Source: an uncultured Ectothiorhodospiraceae bacterium (GTDB taxonomy: Bacteria; Pseudomonadota; Gammaproteobacteria; UBA9214). From it: a DNA stretch of 64,000 nucleotides. Position 1 is the stretch's first letter. Every line of letters begins with the position of its first letter. The notes beneath the pieces were generated by a model that searched no databases, was not told where the DNA came from, and worked only from the letters and a program-made list of their open reading frames with translations. The stretch is taken from assembly GCA_947258515.1 (NCBI GenBank), contig CAMYIO010000002.1:686-64685 (forward strand), given 5' to 3'. Made by a program: the position numbers and the translations under genes. Positions 1-10,272 of the stretch are shown here, piece by piece.

Positions 1-433
1 AATAGCCGGATCGTAATACGGACAGGTCTTTCTCGAGTAGTTCTACATCCTGATTCTGTACTATCGTCCCTTTTGACAGGGGACGCACGGCAACCACAAT
101 GGTGTCATGGATGCTGACCTTGACCGGAACATAAAGTGTCCATGGCTGCGTGCCCGGGCATCGAACACCGACGGTGGTATTACCCAGTGAGCGTCCGCCG
201 GCAGGCTGAAAGGCCTGCAACGGTTCATCGCATTCCTTGAGGCGCAGTCGCGAATCGAGGCTTCCGGCGCTGGCGACGGGTACTCTGCCATGGCTGGACA
301 AGACCTTTTCCGCGATGAATTGTTCAGCGCTTTTCTGGATGGAATCGTGGCTCTGTATGGCGTCTGCCGCTACGGTGGCGGTGATGGCCATTAGTGCGAC
401 CAGGCATCCGTATAGCAATAGTCCGTGCTTCAT
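1..433 (-). CDS. flgA: Flagellar P-ring formation protein FlgA (N-terminal ~144 aa; C-terminus lies beyond the window start)
   Basis: Absent from the ORF track because it is open at the window edge. My minus-strand translation from ATG at 433 reads MKHGLLLYGCLVALMAITATVAADAIQSHDSIQ...GNTTVGVRCPGTQPWTLYVPVKVSIHDTIVVAVRPLSKGTIVQNQDVELLEKDLSVLRSGY. It has a signal peptide and an FlgA-like VGVRC..W..YV core, and is divergent from flgB. Confidence 0.75.
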   Translation of the reverse strand, partial: MKHGLLLYGCLVALMAITATVAADAIQSHDSIQKSAEQFIAEKVLSSHGRVPVASAGSLDSRLRLKECDEPLQAFQPAGGRSLGNTTVGVRCPGTQPWTLYVPVKVSIHDTIVVAVRPLSKGTIVQNQDVELLEKDLSVLRSGY

Positions 434-472
434 GTTCAGTCCCTGTGCTTCATGAGTTCTACTGTTATGTAA

Positions 473-488
473 GGCAACTACTGTGCCA
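473..488 (-). promoter_or_regulatory. Sigma-54 (-24/-12) promoter candidate for flgA
   Basis: Minus strand reads TGGCAC-AGTAG-TTGCC with the canonical 12-nt GG-to-GC register. The predicted start (~462) is ~29 nt upstream of the flgA ATG. Confidence 0.55.
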
Positions 489-904
489 ACTCATGCGAAT
501 AAGAAACCTGCAGCTGGAAATCACCTCATGGCTAGTGGCATTGCTGTCACCACCCGGGGTGGTGGAACCTGATAGTAGCAATACGCACTGTCTTTGCGGC
601 CAAATCACCTGGCCTGCAATTCTCTGGTTTACCGGGCATGGTGAAAGGTTCCGCATGATGCTGTGTGTATTGCACAAGAGAGGCTAATAGCCTGTCCGGG
701 TGGCAAGCAGTTGCCGCTCACACGGGCAGGGTGTTGCCGCTTATGGTTGCCGGCAGACAGGGTTCGTACGCGCTGCAGGTTGATCATGGTCTGTGCACTG
801 CCTGTATCAGGCGCCTGCTTATTCAATCCCGTCCCCTTGTATATAGGGTAAACACGCCCGCAGTTACCGCCTGGAATGAGCCGCGACGCCGTCACGACAA
901 TACT

Positions 905-920
905 TGGCATGCAGATTGCT
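905..920 (+). promoter_or_regulatory. Sigma-54 (-24/-12) promoter candidate for the flgB operon
   Basis: TGGCAT-GCAGA-TTGCT with canonical spacing. It lies 36 nt upstream of the flgB ATG, with a GGAG Shine-Dalgarno at 944-947. Confidence 0.65.
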
Positions 921-955
921 AATGTCTGTACAAAGGATTTATTTGGAGAACCATC

Positions 956-1351
956 ATGACCAGTGTAATCGATCGCCATTTCGGGCTTCATGCCGAGGCC
1001 CTGCAATTAAGGGCGCGCCGTGGCGAGGTGCTTGGCTCCAACCTGGCAAATGCGGATACCCCCGGTTACAAGGCGCGGGATCTGGATTTCAAGTCCGCCC
1101 TCAATGATGCGACAGCACACAGCACAACGTCCATGGCAACGACGCAACAGGGTCATATACGACCGCAGGGACGTGTTGGCGGGGCGCATGTGCTCTACCG
1201 GACGCCAAACCAGTCATCGCTGGACGGCAATACGGTAGACACCCAGGTTGAACAGAACAAGTTTGCCGAGAATGCAGTGCGCTACCGCACCAGTCTGCGT
1301 TTTCTGAGTGGCAAGATACAGGGCTTGATGACGGCAATCAGGGGAGAGTGA
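956..1351 (+). CDS. flgB: Flagellar basal-body rod protein FlgB
   Basis: 131 aa. N-terminal rod motif ...LGSNLANADTPGYKARD, and position at the head of the flgBCDEFG order. Confidence 0.95.
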   Translation: MTSVIDRHFGLHAEALQLRARRGEVLGSNLANADTPGYKARDLDFKSALNDATAHSTTSMATTQQGHIRPQGRVGGAHVLYRTPNQSSLDGNTVDTQVEQNKFAENAVRYRTSLRFLSGKIQGLMTAIRGE

Positions 1352-1353
1352 GC

Positions 1354-1767
1354 ATGGGTCTATTCAGTATATTCGATGTTTCCGGTTCGGCGATGAGTGC
1401 ACAAACGGTGCGACTTAATACCGTGGCCAGCAACATGGCCAATTCGGAAGTTGTCAGCGGCACAGAAGCCGGTGCCTACCATGCACGCCAGCCGGTTTTC
1501 TCGGCCGTCATGAAGGCGATCGGTGGTGATCCCGCGATTGTTCCCGTCGAGATCAGTGGCATCGTCGAAAGCGATGCGCCGGTTAACAAACAGTACAGTC
1601 CGGAGCACCCGGAAGCAGACGCTGAGGGTTATATCTACACCTCCAATGTCAACATGATCGAGGAAATGGCCAATATGATTTCTGCTTCACGTTCCTACCA
1701 GAGCAATGTTGAAGTGGCGAATACCTCAAAACAATTGTTGCTCGAGACCTTGCGTCTCGGGCAGTAG
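1354..1767 (+). CDS. flgC: Flagellar basal-body rod protein FlgC
   Basis: MGLFSIFDVSGSAMSAQ...NMANSEVV... with C-terminal SRSYQSNVEV. I prefer ATG 1354 (GGGGAGAG SD upstream) over the track's GTG 1348. Confidence 0.95.
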   Translation: MGLFSIFDVSGSAMSAQTVRLNTVASNMANSEVVSGTEAGAYHARQPVFSAVMKAIGGDPAIVPVEISGIVESDAPVNKQYSPEHPEADAEGYIYTSNVNMIEEMANMISASRSYQSNVEVANTSKQLLLETLRLGQ

Positions 1768-1797
1768 CAGCGGCCAACACAGCGGAGTAGCAGTGAT

Positions 1798-2472
1798 ATG
1801 AGCACCATTGAAGATGCCAAACTTTTTTCAGACCTGGGACTGTCTGCTCCTGTGCAGCAGAACAGCAAACGCAACGAACTGGGACAGGAAGACTTTTTAA
1901 AGCTGATGACAACCCAGCTGCAGAGCCAGGACCCGTTCAAGCCTGCGGATAATGCTGAATTCATGAGCCAGCTGGCACAGTTCGGTACGGTGACGGGCAT
2001 CGAGGATCTGAAGACCGAGATACAGAACCTGGCCGGCTCGCTGGTTTCAAACCAGACCTTTCAGGCAGCCGGCATGCTCGGACGTACTGTCCTGATCCCC
2101 GCTACTCATGCGGTACTGGAACAGGGCGGTGTCATTGAGGGTGCTGTCGAACTGCCCAATGCAGTTTCCAGCCTGAATATCGGAATTTACGATCCGGCCG
2201 GTCAGCTGGTAAAGAACGTCAGTTTGGGTAGTCAGGCACCAGGGATGGTGTCTTTTGATTGGGATGGCCTTGCCACGGATGGCAAGGTTGTCCCCCCTGG
2301 CCGTTATGAGATCCGTGCGGAGGCCAGCAGTGGCGGTATCAACGAGGCCTTCGAGGTGTTGATTGCCGACGAGGTGCAAAGTGTTTCATTGCCAGCGGCG
2401 GGTGCGGCACTCACCATGGAGCTTGCAGGGCTGGGTAAAGTGAATTTTTCAGACATCAGGCAGATCAGGTAG
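1798..2472 (+). CDS. flgD: Flagellar hook assembly/capping protein FlgD
   Basis: LGQEDFLKLMTTQLQSQDPFKP..N.EF..QLAQF motif typical of FlgD, plus synteny. Confidence 0.9.
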   Translation: MSTIEDAKLFSDLGLSAPVQQNSKRNELGQEDFLKLMTTQLQSQDPFKPADNAEFMSQLAQFGTVTGIEDLKTEIQNLAGSLVSNQTFQAAGMLGRTVLIPATHAVLEQGGVIEGAVELPNAVSSLNIGIYDPAGQLVKNVSLGSQAPGMVSFDWDGLATDGKVVPPGRYEIRAEASSGGINEAFEVLIADEVQSVSLPAAGAALTMELAGLGKVNFSDIRQIR

Positions 2473-2493
2473 GTACAGAAAAGGAGAACTATT

Positions 2494-3723
2494 ATGTCAT
2501 TTCGAATTGCTTTAAGTGGTCTTGCAGCAGCCCAGGCGACCCTGGATGTAACGGCTAACAATGTCGCCAACGCGAACACCACGGGTTTTAAACAGTCCCG
2601 GGCCGAATTTACTGACGTCTATGCCACGGCATTCGGCAGTATCGGTTCCCTGGACACGGGCGCCGGTGTGCGCCTAGCCGCGGTCAACTCCGAGTTTACC
2701 CAGGGAAACATCGAATTTACGGGTAATGCACTGGATCTTGCCGTTAATGGAGAAGGATTTTTCACCCTCAGTGACCAGGGATCCAGCGTCTACAGTCGTG
2801 CCGGTGCCTTCTCCGTCGATCGTGATGGTTACGTGGTTAATGTTACCGGGCAGCGCCTGCAGGCCTTCCCGGCTCTGGATCCGCAGGGTAATAACTTCAG
2901 TACTGCCTCACTGGGGGACTTGCAGTTGAATGCAACGGATGCGGCACCCCGGCCGTCTACAACTGCAGATATCGCTCTTAATCTGCAGGCCGATGCCACC
3001 GAGTTGGGAGCAGGTGCCATCGATATTACTGATGCAGCGACTTACAACTATTCAACGTCGCTGACAAGCTATGACAGCCTCGGCCAGGGCCATACATCGG
3101 CGTTGTACTTCAGAAAGACAGATACCGCAACACGCACCTGGGATGTGCGCATGGTAAACGACGGTGATGATACGCAATCCACCACCGTGCAAACACTGAC
3201 CTTTGACGATCTCGGGCAGTTGACCTCACCGCAGCCAGTTGGTTTTGGTGCTTACGACCCGGGTAACGGGGCGGCACAGATGAATGTCAGTTATGACTTT
3301 ACCGGCACCTCGCAGTATGGCAGTTCATTCGCCGTCAGTTCTCTGTTCCAGGACGGTTTTTCAACGGGGCGTCTGAGTGGTCTGGATATCACTGACAGCG
3401 GCGTGGTGCAGGCGCGTTTCAGCAACGGCCAGACTGCAGCGCTGGGCAAGGTGGCGCTGGCCAATTTTACCAATCCGCAGGGACTGACGCCATTGGGGGA
3501 CAGTACCTGGGGAGACAGCCACAGCGCGGGTGACCGCAGGCTGGGCGAACCCGGTGCGGGAAATTTTGGCTTCCTGCAGTCAGGGGCGCTGGAGAGTTCC
3601 AACGTTGAAATCACCGAGGAACTGGTGAACCTGATTACTGCACAGCGCAGCTTCCAGTCCAATGCCCAGGTGATTTCGGCTGCAGACACGATTACGCAGA
3701 CCATTATGAACATAGGCCGCTAG
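2494..3723 (+). CDS. flgE: Flagellar hook protein FlgE
   Basis: 409 aa. N-terminal ...ANNVANANTTGFK and C-terminal LESSNVEITEELVNLITAQRSFQSNAQVI flagellar axial-protein motifs. Confidence 0.9.
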   Translation: MSFRIALSGLAAAQATLDVTANNVANANTTGFKQSRAEFTDVYATAFGSIGSLDTGAGVRLAAVNSEFTQGNIEFTGNALDLAVNGEGFFTLSDQGSSVYSRAGAFSVDRDGYVVNVTGQRLQAFPALDPQGNNFSTASLGDLQLNATDAAPRPSTTADIALNLQADATELGAGAIDITDAATYNYSTSLTSYDSLGQGHTSALYFRKTDTATRTWDVRMVNDGDDTQSTTVQTLTFDDLGQLTSPQPVGFGAYDPGNGAAQMNVSYDFTGTSQYGSSFAVSSLFQDGFSTGRLSGLDITDSGVVQARFSNGQTAALGKVALANFTNPQGLTPLGDSTWGDSHSAGDRRLGEPGAGNFGFLQSGALESSNVEITEELVNLITAQRSFQSNAQVISAADTITQTIMNIGR

Positions 3724-3765
3724 ACCTGACGCTGAACACTACATCAAACAGGAACGGGACTGATC

Positions 3766-4500
3766 ATGGATAGATTACTGTATGTTGCGATGAGCGGGGC
3801 ACGTGAAACCATGCAGGCGCAGACCGTGAATACGCAGAACCTGGCGAATGCCAGCACCACCGGTTTTCGTGCGGATCTGCAATCTTTCCAGAGTCTTCCC
3901 GTCAATGGTCCCGGCTATGCCAGTCGTGTCTACGGCATGGCGACAGACCAGGGTATCGATACCTCGCCCGGTTCGGTCATGGGGACCGGCCGTGAACTGG
4001 ATGTTGCCATCAACGGCGATGGCTGGATCGCAGTCCAGGGACCGGACGGCAATGAAGCCTATACCCGTGCCGGCGATCTGCGGGTGGACAGTCTGGGCCT
4101 GCTCAGGACGGGTGCCGGTCGCCCGGTGATGGGCAATGGCGCCCCGATCGCGATACCGCCCGCTGAAAAGATTGAAATTGCCGGTGATGGCACGATTTCC
4201 ATACGACCCCTGGGTCAGAACACCCTTGCGGTTGTGGATCGTATCAAGCTGGTCAATCCGCCATCCGCCCAGTTGCAGAAAGGGGCTGACGGCCTGGTGC
4301 ACCTCAAGGGTGGCGATGCGGCAGAAGCCGACGCCAGCGTGCAACTGCAGGTGGGCGCGCTTGAGTCCAGTAACGTCAACACGGTAGAGGCCATGGTCAA
4401 CCTGATACAGCTGGCTCGCCAGTACGAGACGCAGGTAAAGATGATGGCAAACGCCGAAGAGAATGATCGCGCATCGGCACAGTTGATGCGCATGGGTTAA
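3766..4500 (+). CDS. flgF: Flagellar proximal rod protein FlgF
   Basis: Axial-protein N- and C-terminal motifs ([11 protein letters not shown]; [23 protein letters not shown]) and synteny between flgE and flgG. Confidence 0.9.
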   Translation: MDRLLYVAMSGARETMQAQTVNTQNLANASTTGFRADLQSFQSLPVNGPGYASRVYGMATDQGIDTSPGSVMGTGRELDVAINGDGWIAVQGPDGNEAYTRAGDLRVDSLGLLRTGAGRPVMGNGAPIAIPPAEKIEIAGDGTISIRPLGQNTLAVVDRIKLVNPPSAQLQKGADGLVHLKGGDAAEADASVQLQVGALESSNVNTVEAMVNLIQLARQYETQVKMMANAEENDRASAQLMRMG

Positions 4501-4528
4501 CAGCAGGTCGATACACCAGGAGAATGAC

Positions 4529-5314
4529 ATGGATCAGGCACTTTGGATCGCGAAGACAGGACTGGAAGCACAGCAGACACGCATGGCGGTTACCTCAAAT
4601 AACCTGGCCAACGTCAATACCACCGGGTTTAAACGCAGCCGCGCCGTATTCGAGGATTTGCTCTACCAGAATAACGGTCAGGCGGGGGCGCAGTCATCGG
4701 AAGATACCCAGTTGAATTCCGGGTTGATGGTGGGTACCGGTGTGCGCGTTGTCGCTACCGAGAAGATCTTCAACCAGGGGAACCTGGTGCAAACCGGCAA
4801 CAGCCTGGATATGGCCATTGAAGGCCGCGGTTTCTTCCAGATCCTGACACCGGATGGTGCGCTTGCCTACACGCGTGACGGCACATTCCAGGTCAATGCC
4901 GACGGTGAAATGGTGACGTCCAAGGGCTATACCCTGCAGCCGGGAATCACCATTCCTGATGATGCGCTGAGTATCACGATTGGCAACGATGGCATCGTTT
5001 CGGTTTTGCAGGCAGGCAGTTCATCGCCGACCGAACTGGGCACGATACAGCTGGCCAACTTTGTTAACCCCGCCGGGTTACAGCCGATTGGCCAGAACCT
5101 GTTTCTGGAATCCGGGTCCAGCGGTTCGCCCCAGGCAGGTACGCCGGGCCTCGATGGCGTGGGCACCCTGATGCAGGGCTCGCTGGAAACCTCCAATGTC
5201 AATACCGTTGAGGAGCTGGTCAATATGATCGAAACCCAGCGCGCCTATGAAATGAACTCCAAGGCGATTGCAACGGCAGAGCAGATGCTCGAGTTTGCAA
5301 ATAACACGCTTTAA
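4529..5314 (+). CDS. flgG: Flagellar distal rod protein FlgG
   Basis: 261 aa. [19 protein letters not shown]...[12 protein letters not shown]...[27 protein letters not shown]. Confidence 0.95.
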   Translation: MDQALWIAKTGLEAQQTRMAVTSNNLANVNTTGFKRSRAVFEDLLYQNNGQAGAQSSEDTQLNSGLMVGTGVRVVATEKIFNQGNLVQTGNSLDMAIEGRGFFQILTPDGALAYTRDGTFQVNADGEMVTSKGYTLQPGITIPDDALSITIGNDGIVSVLQAGSSSPTELGTIQLANFVNPAGLQPIGQNLFLESGSSGSPQAGTPGLDGVGTLMQGSLETSNVNTVEELVNMIETQRAYEMNSKAIATAEQMLEFANNTL

Positions 5315-5346
5315 TCCCTAACCGAGGCCAACTCTGGAAATCCGCC

Positions 5347-6042
5347 ATGAATCGTACTGTCAGATCTGCTGCAATCCTGTTGATCCAGTTTTTATGGATG
5401 GCAGGTTTAACGGGGTGCAGTTCTCCCATGCTGGTGAAGCCGGGTGAGACGGAATTTTCACCGGCTGCACCGGTTGACTATGCCCCGCTAACCCGGGACA
5501 ACGGTTCAATCTACATGGCAGGTTACTCAAAGACCTGGTTCGAGGATATCACCGCACATCAGGTCGGTGATCTGCTGACGGTTATCCTTGATGAGCAGAC
5601 AGATGCAACCAAGCAGGCCAGCACCGGCATAACCAAGGACAACACCACCAGTATCAGTGCGCCGACAATTCTGGGTCAGGGCGTTACCTGGAATGGCGAT
5701 CCCCTGAGCACCAGTCTGGAGTCGGCAAATGATTTTGCCGGAAAGGCGGACAGTTCCCAGAGCAACAAGCTAAAGGGCAGTATTACCGTGACCGTTTCGC
5801 AAGTGCTGCCAAATGGAAACCTGGTGGTGCAGGGTGAGAAGTGGATTGCGATCAACCAGGGCGATGAATACGTACGCCTGCGCGGTATTGTAAGGACGGT
5901 CGACATCACACCGCGCAACACCGTGTTATCAACACAGGTAGGCAATGCCCAGATCACCTATCGGGGCAAGGGTGCACCGGCCGATGCCAATGCAATGGGC
6001 TGGCTGGCACGGTTCTTCAATACACCCATCTGGCCCTTTTGA
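5347..6042 (+). CDS. flgH: Flagellar L-ring lipoprotein FlgH
   Basis: Lipobox LTGCSS. Conserved FED..A..VGD.LTV.. and ...LVV.GEK....N.G.E...L.GIVR..DI pattern. Confidence 0.9.
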   Translation: MNRTVRSAAILLIQFLWMAGLTGCSSPMLVKPGETEFSPAAPVDYAPLTRDNGSIYMAGYSKTWFEDITAHQVGDLLTVILDEQTDATKQASTGITKDNTTSISAPTILGQGVTWNGDPLSTSLESANDFAGKADSSQSNKLKGSITVTVSQVLPNGNLVVQGEKWIAINQGDEYVRLRGIVRTVDITPRNTVLSTQVGNAQITYRGKGAPADANAMGWLARFFNTPIWPF

Positions 6043-6064
6043 GGCAATCATCGGGATATAAAAA

Positions 6065-7180
6065 ATGAAAAGGAATATGAAAATGCATGCGCCAGCCTGG
6101 ACCCTGATAGTGGCGATGTTGCTGACGCCGGTAACGGTCTCGGCCGAACGCATCAAGGATCTTGCATCGATTGCAGGGGTGCGCAGCAACCAGCTGATCG
6201 GCTATGGGCTGGTGGTCGGTCTCGACGGTACCGGCGATTCCACCAGTCAGCCATTTACCGTTCAGAGCCTCAAGAATATGCTGGCGCAACTGGGTGTCGT
6301 CGTCCCGCCCGGCCTCAAACCGCAGCTCAAGAACGCGGCGGCCGTCATGATCAGTGCGGAGTTACCGCCCTTTGTGAAACCCGGACAGACCATTGATATC
6401 ACCGTGTCCTCGCTGGGCAACTCGAAGAGCCTGCGTGGCGGTACCTTGCTGATGTCACCGCTCAAGGGTGCTGACGGCCAGGTCTATGCCATTGCCCAGG
6501 GCAGCCTGGTGGTCAGTGGTATCGGTGCCCAGGGTTCCGATGGTTCAAGTGTGACTGTCAATATCCCCAGTGTGGGGCGCATCCCGAACGGGGCAACCGT
6601 GGAGCGCAGTGTGCCCAGTCCATTCGATTCATCGGATGCCATCGTGCTTAACCTCAACACAGCGGACTTCACAACCACCAGCCGCATGGTGAAGAGTATC
6701 AACAACACCATGGGACCGGACACCGCCAGCGCCATTGACGGTTCCTCGATCAGTGTGCGCGCGCCGCTCGATGTGGACAAGAAAGTGATGTTTGTCTCCG
6801 TGCTTGAGAACCTGACGCTCGAACCGGGCGAGGCAGCGGCGCGTGTCATTATCAATGCGCGCACCGGTACCGTGGTGATCGGCAGTAATGTCCAGGTGAT
6901 GTCAGCCGCTGTTTCGCATGGCAGCCTGTCGGTAACGATTGCAGAAGATACCTTTGTCAGTCAGCCCGGTGCCTTTTCCGATGGCAATACCGCGGTGGTG
7001 CCGAGAAGCGACATCAGGATTGCCGAGGACTCCGGTGCCTTCATGATCAAGCCGGGGACCTCGCTGGGTGAAATCGTGAATGCTGTCAACAGTGTGGGTG
7101 CCAGTCCCAGTGACCTGATTGCGGTACTGGATGCGCTCAAGCAGGCCGGTGCACTGAAGGCCGAGCTGATCGTGATGTAA
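6065..7180 (+). CDS. flgI: Flagellar P-ring protein FlgI
   Basis: Signal peptide followed by [31 protein letters not shown]. The start could instead be one of the nearby in-frame Met codons (6077/6083). Confidence 0.9.
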   Translation: MKRNMKMHAPAWTLIVAMLLTPVTVSAERIKDLASIAGVRSNQLIGYGLVVGLDGTGDSTSQPFTVQSLKNMLAQLGVVVPPGLKPQLKNAAAVMISAELPPFVKPGQTIDITVSSLGNSKSLRGGTLLMSPLKGADGQVYAIAQGSLVVSGIGAQGSDGSSVTVNIPSVGRIPNGATVERSVPSPFDSSDAIVLNLNTADFTTTSRMVKSINNTMGPDTASAIDGSSISVRAPLDVDKKVMFVSVLENLTLEPGEAAARVIINARTGTVVIGSNVQVMSAAVSHGSLSVTIAEDTFVSQPGAFSDGNTAVVPRSDIRIAEDSGAFMIKPGTSLGEIVNAVNSVGASPSDLIAVLDALKQAGALKAELIVM

Positions 7181-7215
7181 TGCCATGAGCGCGTGCACAC
7201 CCCATACACACAGGT

Positions 7216-8268
7216 ATGACGATGATCTCTGATCCCTCCATGGCTGCTGTCTATACCGACTTTCAGGGGCTGATGCGCCTGAAGGCGGAAGCCGGCAAGC
7301 AGACGCCGGCCGCAATACAGGAGACGGCACGCCAGTTCGAGGCATTGTTTGTGCAGACCATGCTGAAGGCAATGCGTGATGCCAGCCCGGGCGGGGGTAT
7401 GGGTGAAAGTAACCAGACTGACTTTTATCGTGACATGTACGATCAGCAAATGGCGTTGCACATGGTGAAAGGCCGCGGTCTGGGCATCGCCGACATGCTT
7501 GTTTCCAGTCTCGGCGGCAAGGCGTCAGGCAAGGAGACGCCGGCTGAACCGCTGGCTGCTGCAGCCGCAGAAACGAACAACGCGCGCCCCGTCGTTGACG
7601 GCACGCCGGCACGACCGTTCATGCTTGAACCTTCCGCGCGCCCGATTGTGCCATTGGAAAGTACCGGCCCGGTCCGGGCGCTGGTTAACCTGCAGGGAGT
7701 GGGTCGCGAGGCAGGCTCCCGGGAGTTGGCCGCCGCTGACTGGCGTCCGCAGACGCCCGAAGAATTTATTCGTGACCTGATGCCGCATGCAAGGAAGGGT
7801 GCTGCGGAACTGGGTGTGAAGCCTGGCGTACTGATCGCACAGGCAGCGCTGGAGACTGGTTGGGGCCAGAAGGTCATCCGCCATGCAGATGGTCGCAGCA
7901 GCTTTAACCTGTTTGGTATCAAGGCGGACGCGGGCTGGTCGGGCGACAAGGTCAGTGTGGCAACGCTGGAGTATGAAAACGGTATTGCGGCAAAACGGCG
8001 TGCAGCGTTCAGGTCGTATGAGTCGCTTGAAGGGGCCGTTGCGGGTTATGTCGATTTCCTGCGCAGCAACCCGCGTTATCAGGCGGTCCTGCAACAGGTT
8101 GCTGACCCGGATGCCTACCTGGAAGGGCTGGAGGCCGCCGGTTATGCCACGGACCCGGAGTATGCAGGGAAAATCAGGGCCATTATGAATCGCGACGCGT
8201 TGCTGACGGACAGTGACCCGTTGCTCGTATCGCAGGCGTCACCGTTGAATCGCATCATCGGTCAGTAA
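7216..8268 (+). CDS. flgJ: Flagellar rod-assembly protein / peptidoglycan hydrolase FlgJ
   Basis: N-terminal rod-binding region (ARQFEALFVQTMLKAMR) and C-terminal glucosaminidase-like region (LIAQAALETGWGQ...FNLFGIKA). Confidence 0.85.
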   Translation: MTMISDPSMAAVYTDFQGLMRLKAEAGKQTPAAIQETARQFEALFVQTMLKAMRDASPGGGMGESNQTDFYRDMYDQQMALHMVKGRGLGIADMLVSSLGGKASGKETPAEPLAAAAAETNNARPVVDGTPARPFMLEPSARPIVPLESTGPVRALVNLQGVGREAGSRELAAADWRPQTPEEFIRDLMPHARKGAAELGVKPGVLIAQAALETGWGQKVIRHADGRSSFNLFGIKADAGWSGDKVSVATLEYENGIAAKRRAAFRSYESLEGAVAGYVDFLRSNPRYQAVLQQVADPDAYLEGLEAAGYATDPEYAGKIRAIMNRDALLTDSDPLLVSQASPLNRIIGQ

Positions 8269-8310
8269 GGCATTCATGATTCCCGGCGTGTTACACAAGA
8301 GGTACTAGCT

Positions 8311-10269
8311 ATGGCAGGCGGTCTTTTAGGCATAGGAACATCGGCACTGTTGAGCAATCAACGGGCACTGGATACTGTCAGTCATAATGTCGCCAATGTG
8401 AACACCCCGGGGTACAGCCGTCAAAACGTGGAGTTGAGCGCGCGTCAGCCGCAGGGGCTGGGTAATGGTTTTGCCGGTGATGGCGTTGATGTGACGACGG
8501 TGCGGCGCAGCTACGACCAGTTTATTACCAGCGAACTGCGCACCAGTACCACCGCTCATGCACAGCAGGAAACCCTGGCATCACTTGGCAGCAGCCTGGA
8601 TAACCTGCTGGCGGATGAGTATGCAGGTTTAAGCCCGGCGCTGGGTTCCTTTTTCGATGCCCTGCAGGATGCAGCCGATGACCCGGCATCGACCGCCGCA
8701 CGCCAGGTGTTGCTCAGTGAGGCCGAATCTCTGACCAGCCGGCTGCATGGCCTGGATAACTGGATGGACAATAGCCGCCTTGCAATCGCTGACCGGATGG
8801 GTACCAAGGTACAGGAAATAAACCAGCTGGCGAGCTCCATAGCCTCGGTCAATCAGCAGATCATGGAGGCAAGCAGCCGTGCCGGCGGGCAGCCACCGAA
8901 TGATCTGCTGGACAAGCGTGATCAACTGGTGCTGGATCTTTCCGCCATTGTGTCTGTCTCCACGACCAGCCAGGAAGACGGTGCACTGAATGTATTTATC
9001 GGCAGTGGCCAGGCGCTGGTGCTGGGAATCAACCATAATAACGTTGCGGTACAGAACAGCGTTACAGATCCCGGCCAATACGAGATCGCTATCTCTGCAG
9101 GTGGCTCATCGAGTGTCGTCATTACCGACCTCATCCATGGCGGCGAACTCGGCGGCCTGGTGTCATACCGTGACCAGGTGCTGGATCCGGCGCACAGCGA
9201 ACTCGGACGCATTGCCATTGAGCTGGGCAGTTTCATGAATGAACAGCACCGGCGGGGTGTCAGCCTCGATGGTTTGCCGGGGCAGGACCTGTTTTCGGTT
9301 GCAAGCCCGGAGGTGATTACATCCATCGGCAACGGTGGCAGTGTATCCGTGGCCTTTGATGAGGTGTCACAACTGACGGCAGATGACTATCACCTGCGTT
9401 TTGATGGCAGCAGCTGGGCGCTTACACGCGCGGGCAACGGCCAGGTCGTGCCCATGAGTGGCAGCGGCACGGTGGCTGACCCCTTTGTCGCAGAAGGCCT
9501 GAGTGTCACCATCGGCCCGGGTGCAGCGGCAGGGGACAACTACGAGCTGCGCCCGACCCGCGCGGCCGCCAGGGCGATCAATGTCCTGATCGGTAATCCA
9601 GGAGAGCTGGCACTGGCAGCACCGCTGCGTAGCTCCGCCGCACTGACAAACACAGGCAGCGGATCTATCAGTGCGGGCGTCGTCACGGACATCGATAACC
9701 CGGCCTTTCAGTCATCTGCAGGGCAGCTGTCACCCGCCGTGCAGGTTCGGTTTACCAGTGCAAGCACCTATGAGGTGGTCGACCAGGCGACTTCCGCAGT
9801 GATTGACACGGGGACCTATGACCCGGCCTCCGGGGCGGACATTTTCCCCACGCAGAACCTGGCTATCGATTATGGCTACCAGGTTCGCATTACGGGGAAC
9901 CCGGCGGCCAATGACAGCTTCGATGTCACTTATAACAGTGGCGGGGTGGGCGACAACCGCAATGCCCTGTTAATGGCAGGTATGCAGAACGGGAAACTGA
10001 TGAATGGCGGTACCAGCAGCTTTAATGATGCCTATGGCGAGTTGCTTGCGGATGTCGGCAACAAGGCGCGCCAGGCGCAGGTCGGCAGCGAGGTGCAACT
10101 GCGGGTGCTCGAGCAGAGCAAGGCCGACTGGTCGTCTGCAGCCGGGGTCAACCTGGATGAGGAGGCGGCCAACCTGGTGCGTTTTCAACAGGCCTACCAG
10201 GCAGCGGCGCGGATAATTTCAGTCGCAGATGAGATATTCCAGACGCTGATTAACGCAGTAGGGAGATAA
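8311..10269 (+). CDS. flgK: Flagellar hook-associated protein 1 FlgK
   Basis: 652 aa. N-terminal LDTVSHNVANVNTPGYSRQ and C-terminal LDEEAANLVRFQQAYQAAARIISVADEIFQTL. Confidence 0.9.
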   Translation: MAGGLLGIGTSALLSNQRALDTVSHNVANVNTPGYSRQNVELSARQPQGLGNGFAGDGVDVTTVRRSYDQFITSELRTSTTAHAQQETLASLGSSLDNLLADEYAGLSPALGSFFDALQDAADDPASTAARQVLLSEAESLTSRLHGLDNWMDNSRLAIADRMGTKVQEINQLASSIASVNQQIMEASSRAGGQPPNDLLDKRDQLVLDLSAIVSVSTTSQEDGALNVFIGSGQALVLGINHNNVAVQNSVTDPGQYEIAISAGGSSSVVITDLIHGGELGGLVSYRDQVLDPAHSELGRIAIELGSFMNEQHRRGVSLDGLPGQDLFSVASPEVITSIGNGGSVSVAFDEVSQLTADDYHLRFDGSSWALTRAGNGQVVPMSGSGTVADPFVAEGLSVTIGPGAAAGDNYELRPTRAAARAINVLIGNPGELALAAPLRSSAALTNTGSGSISAGVVTDIDNPAFQSSAGQLSPAVQVRFTSASTYEVVDQATSAVIDTGTYDPASGADIFPTQNLAIDYGYQVRITGNPAANDSFDVTYNSGGVGDNRNALLMAGMQNGKLMNGGTSSFNDAYGELLADVGNKARQAQVGSEVQLRVLEQSKADWSSAAGVNLDEEAANLVRFQQAYQAAARIISVADEIFQTLINAVGR

Positions 10270-10272
10270 GGG

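Noticed and set aside
701-715. TGGCAAGCAGTTGCC, a sigma-54-like sequence in the flgA-flgB spacer.
   Set aside because: The GG-to-GC spacing is one nucleotide short of the invariant register, and a properly spaced promoter lies at 905-920.
3775-4530. 251-aa minus-strand ORF antisense to flgF. Similar long antisense ORFs occur at 6902..7612, 7525..8094, 10282..10935, 39636..40448 and 43400..43927.
   Set aside because: Each lies entirely inside a confidently identified flagellar gene on the other strand and has Arg/Cys/His-rich, low-complexity translations. They look like stop-poor shadow frames of GC-biased coding DNA.
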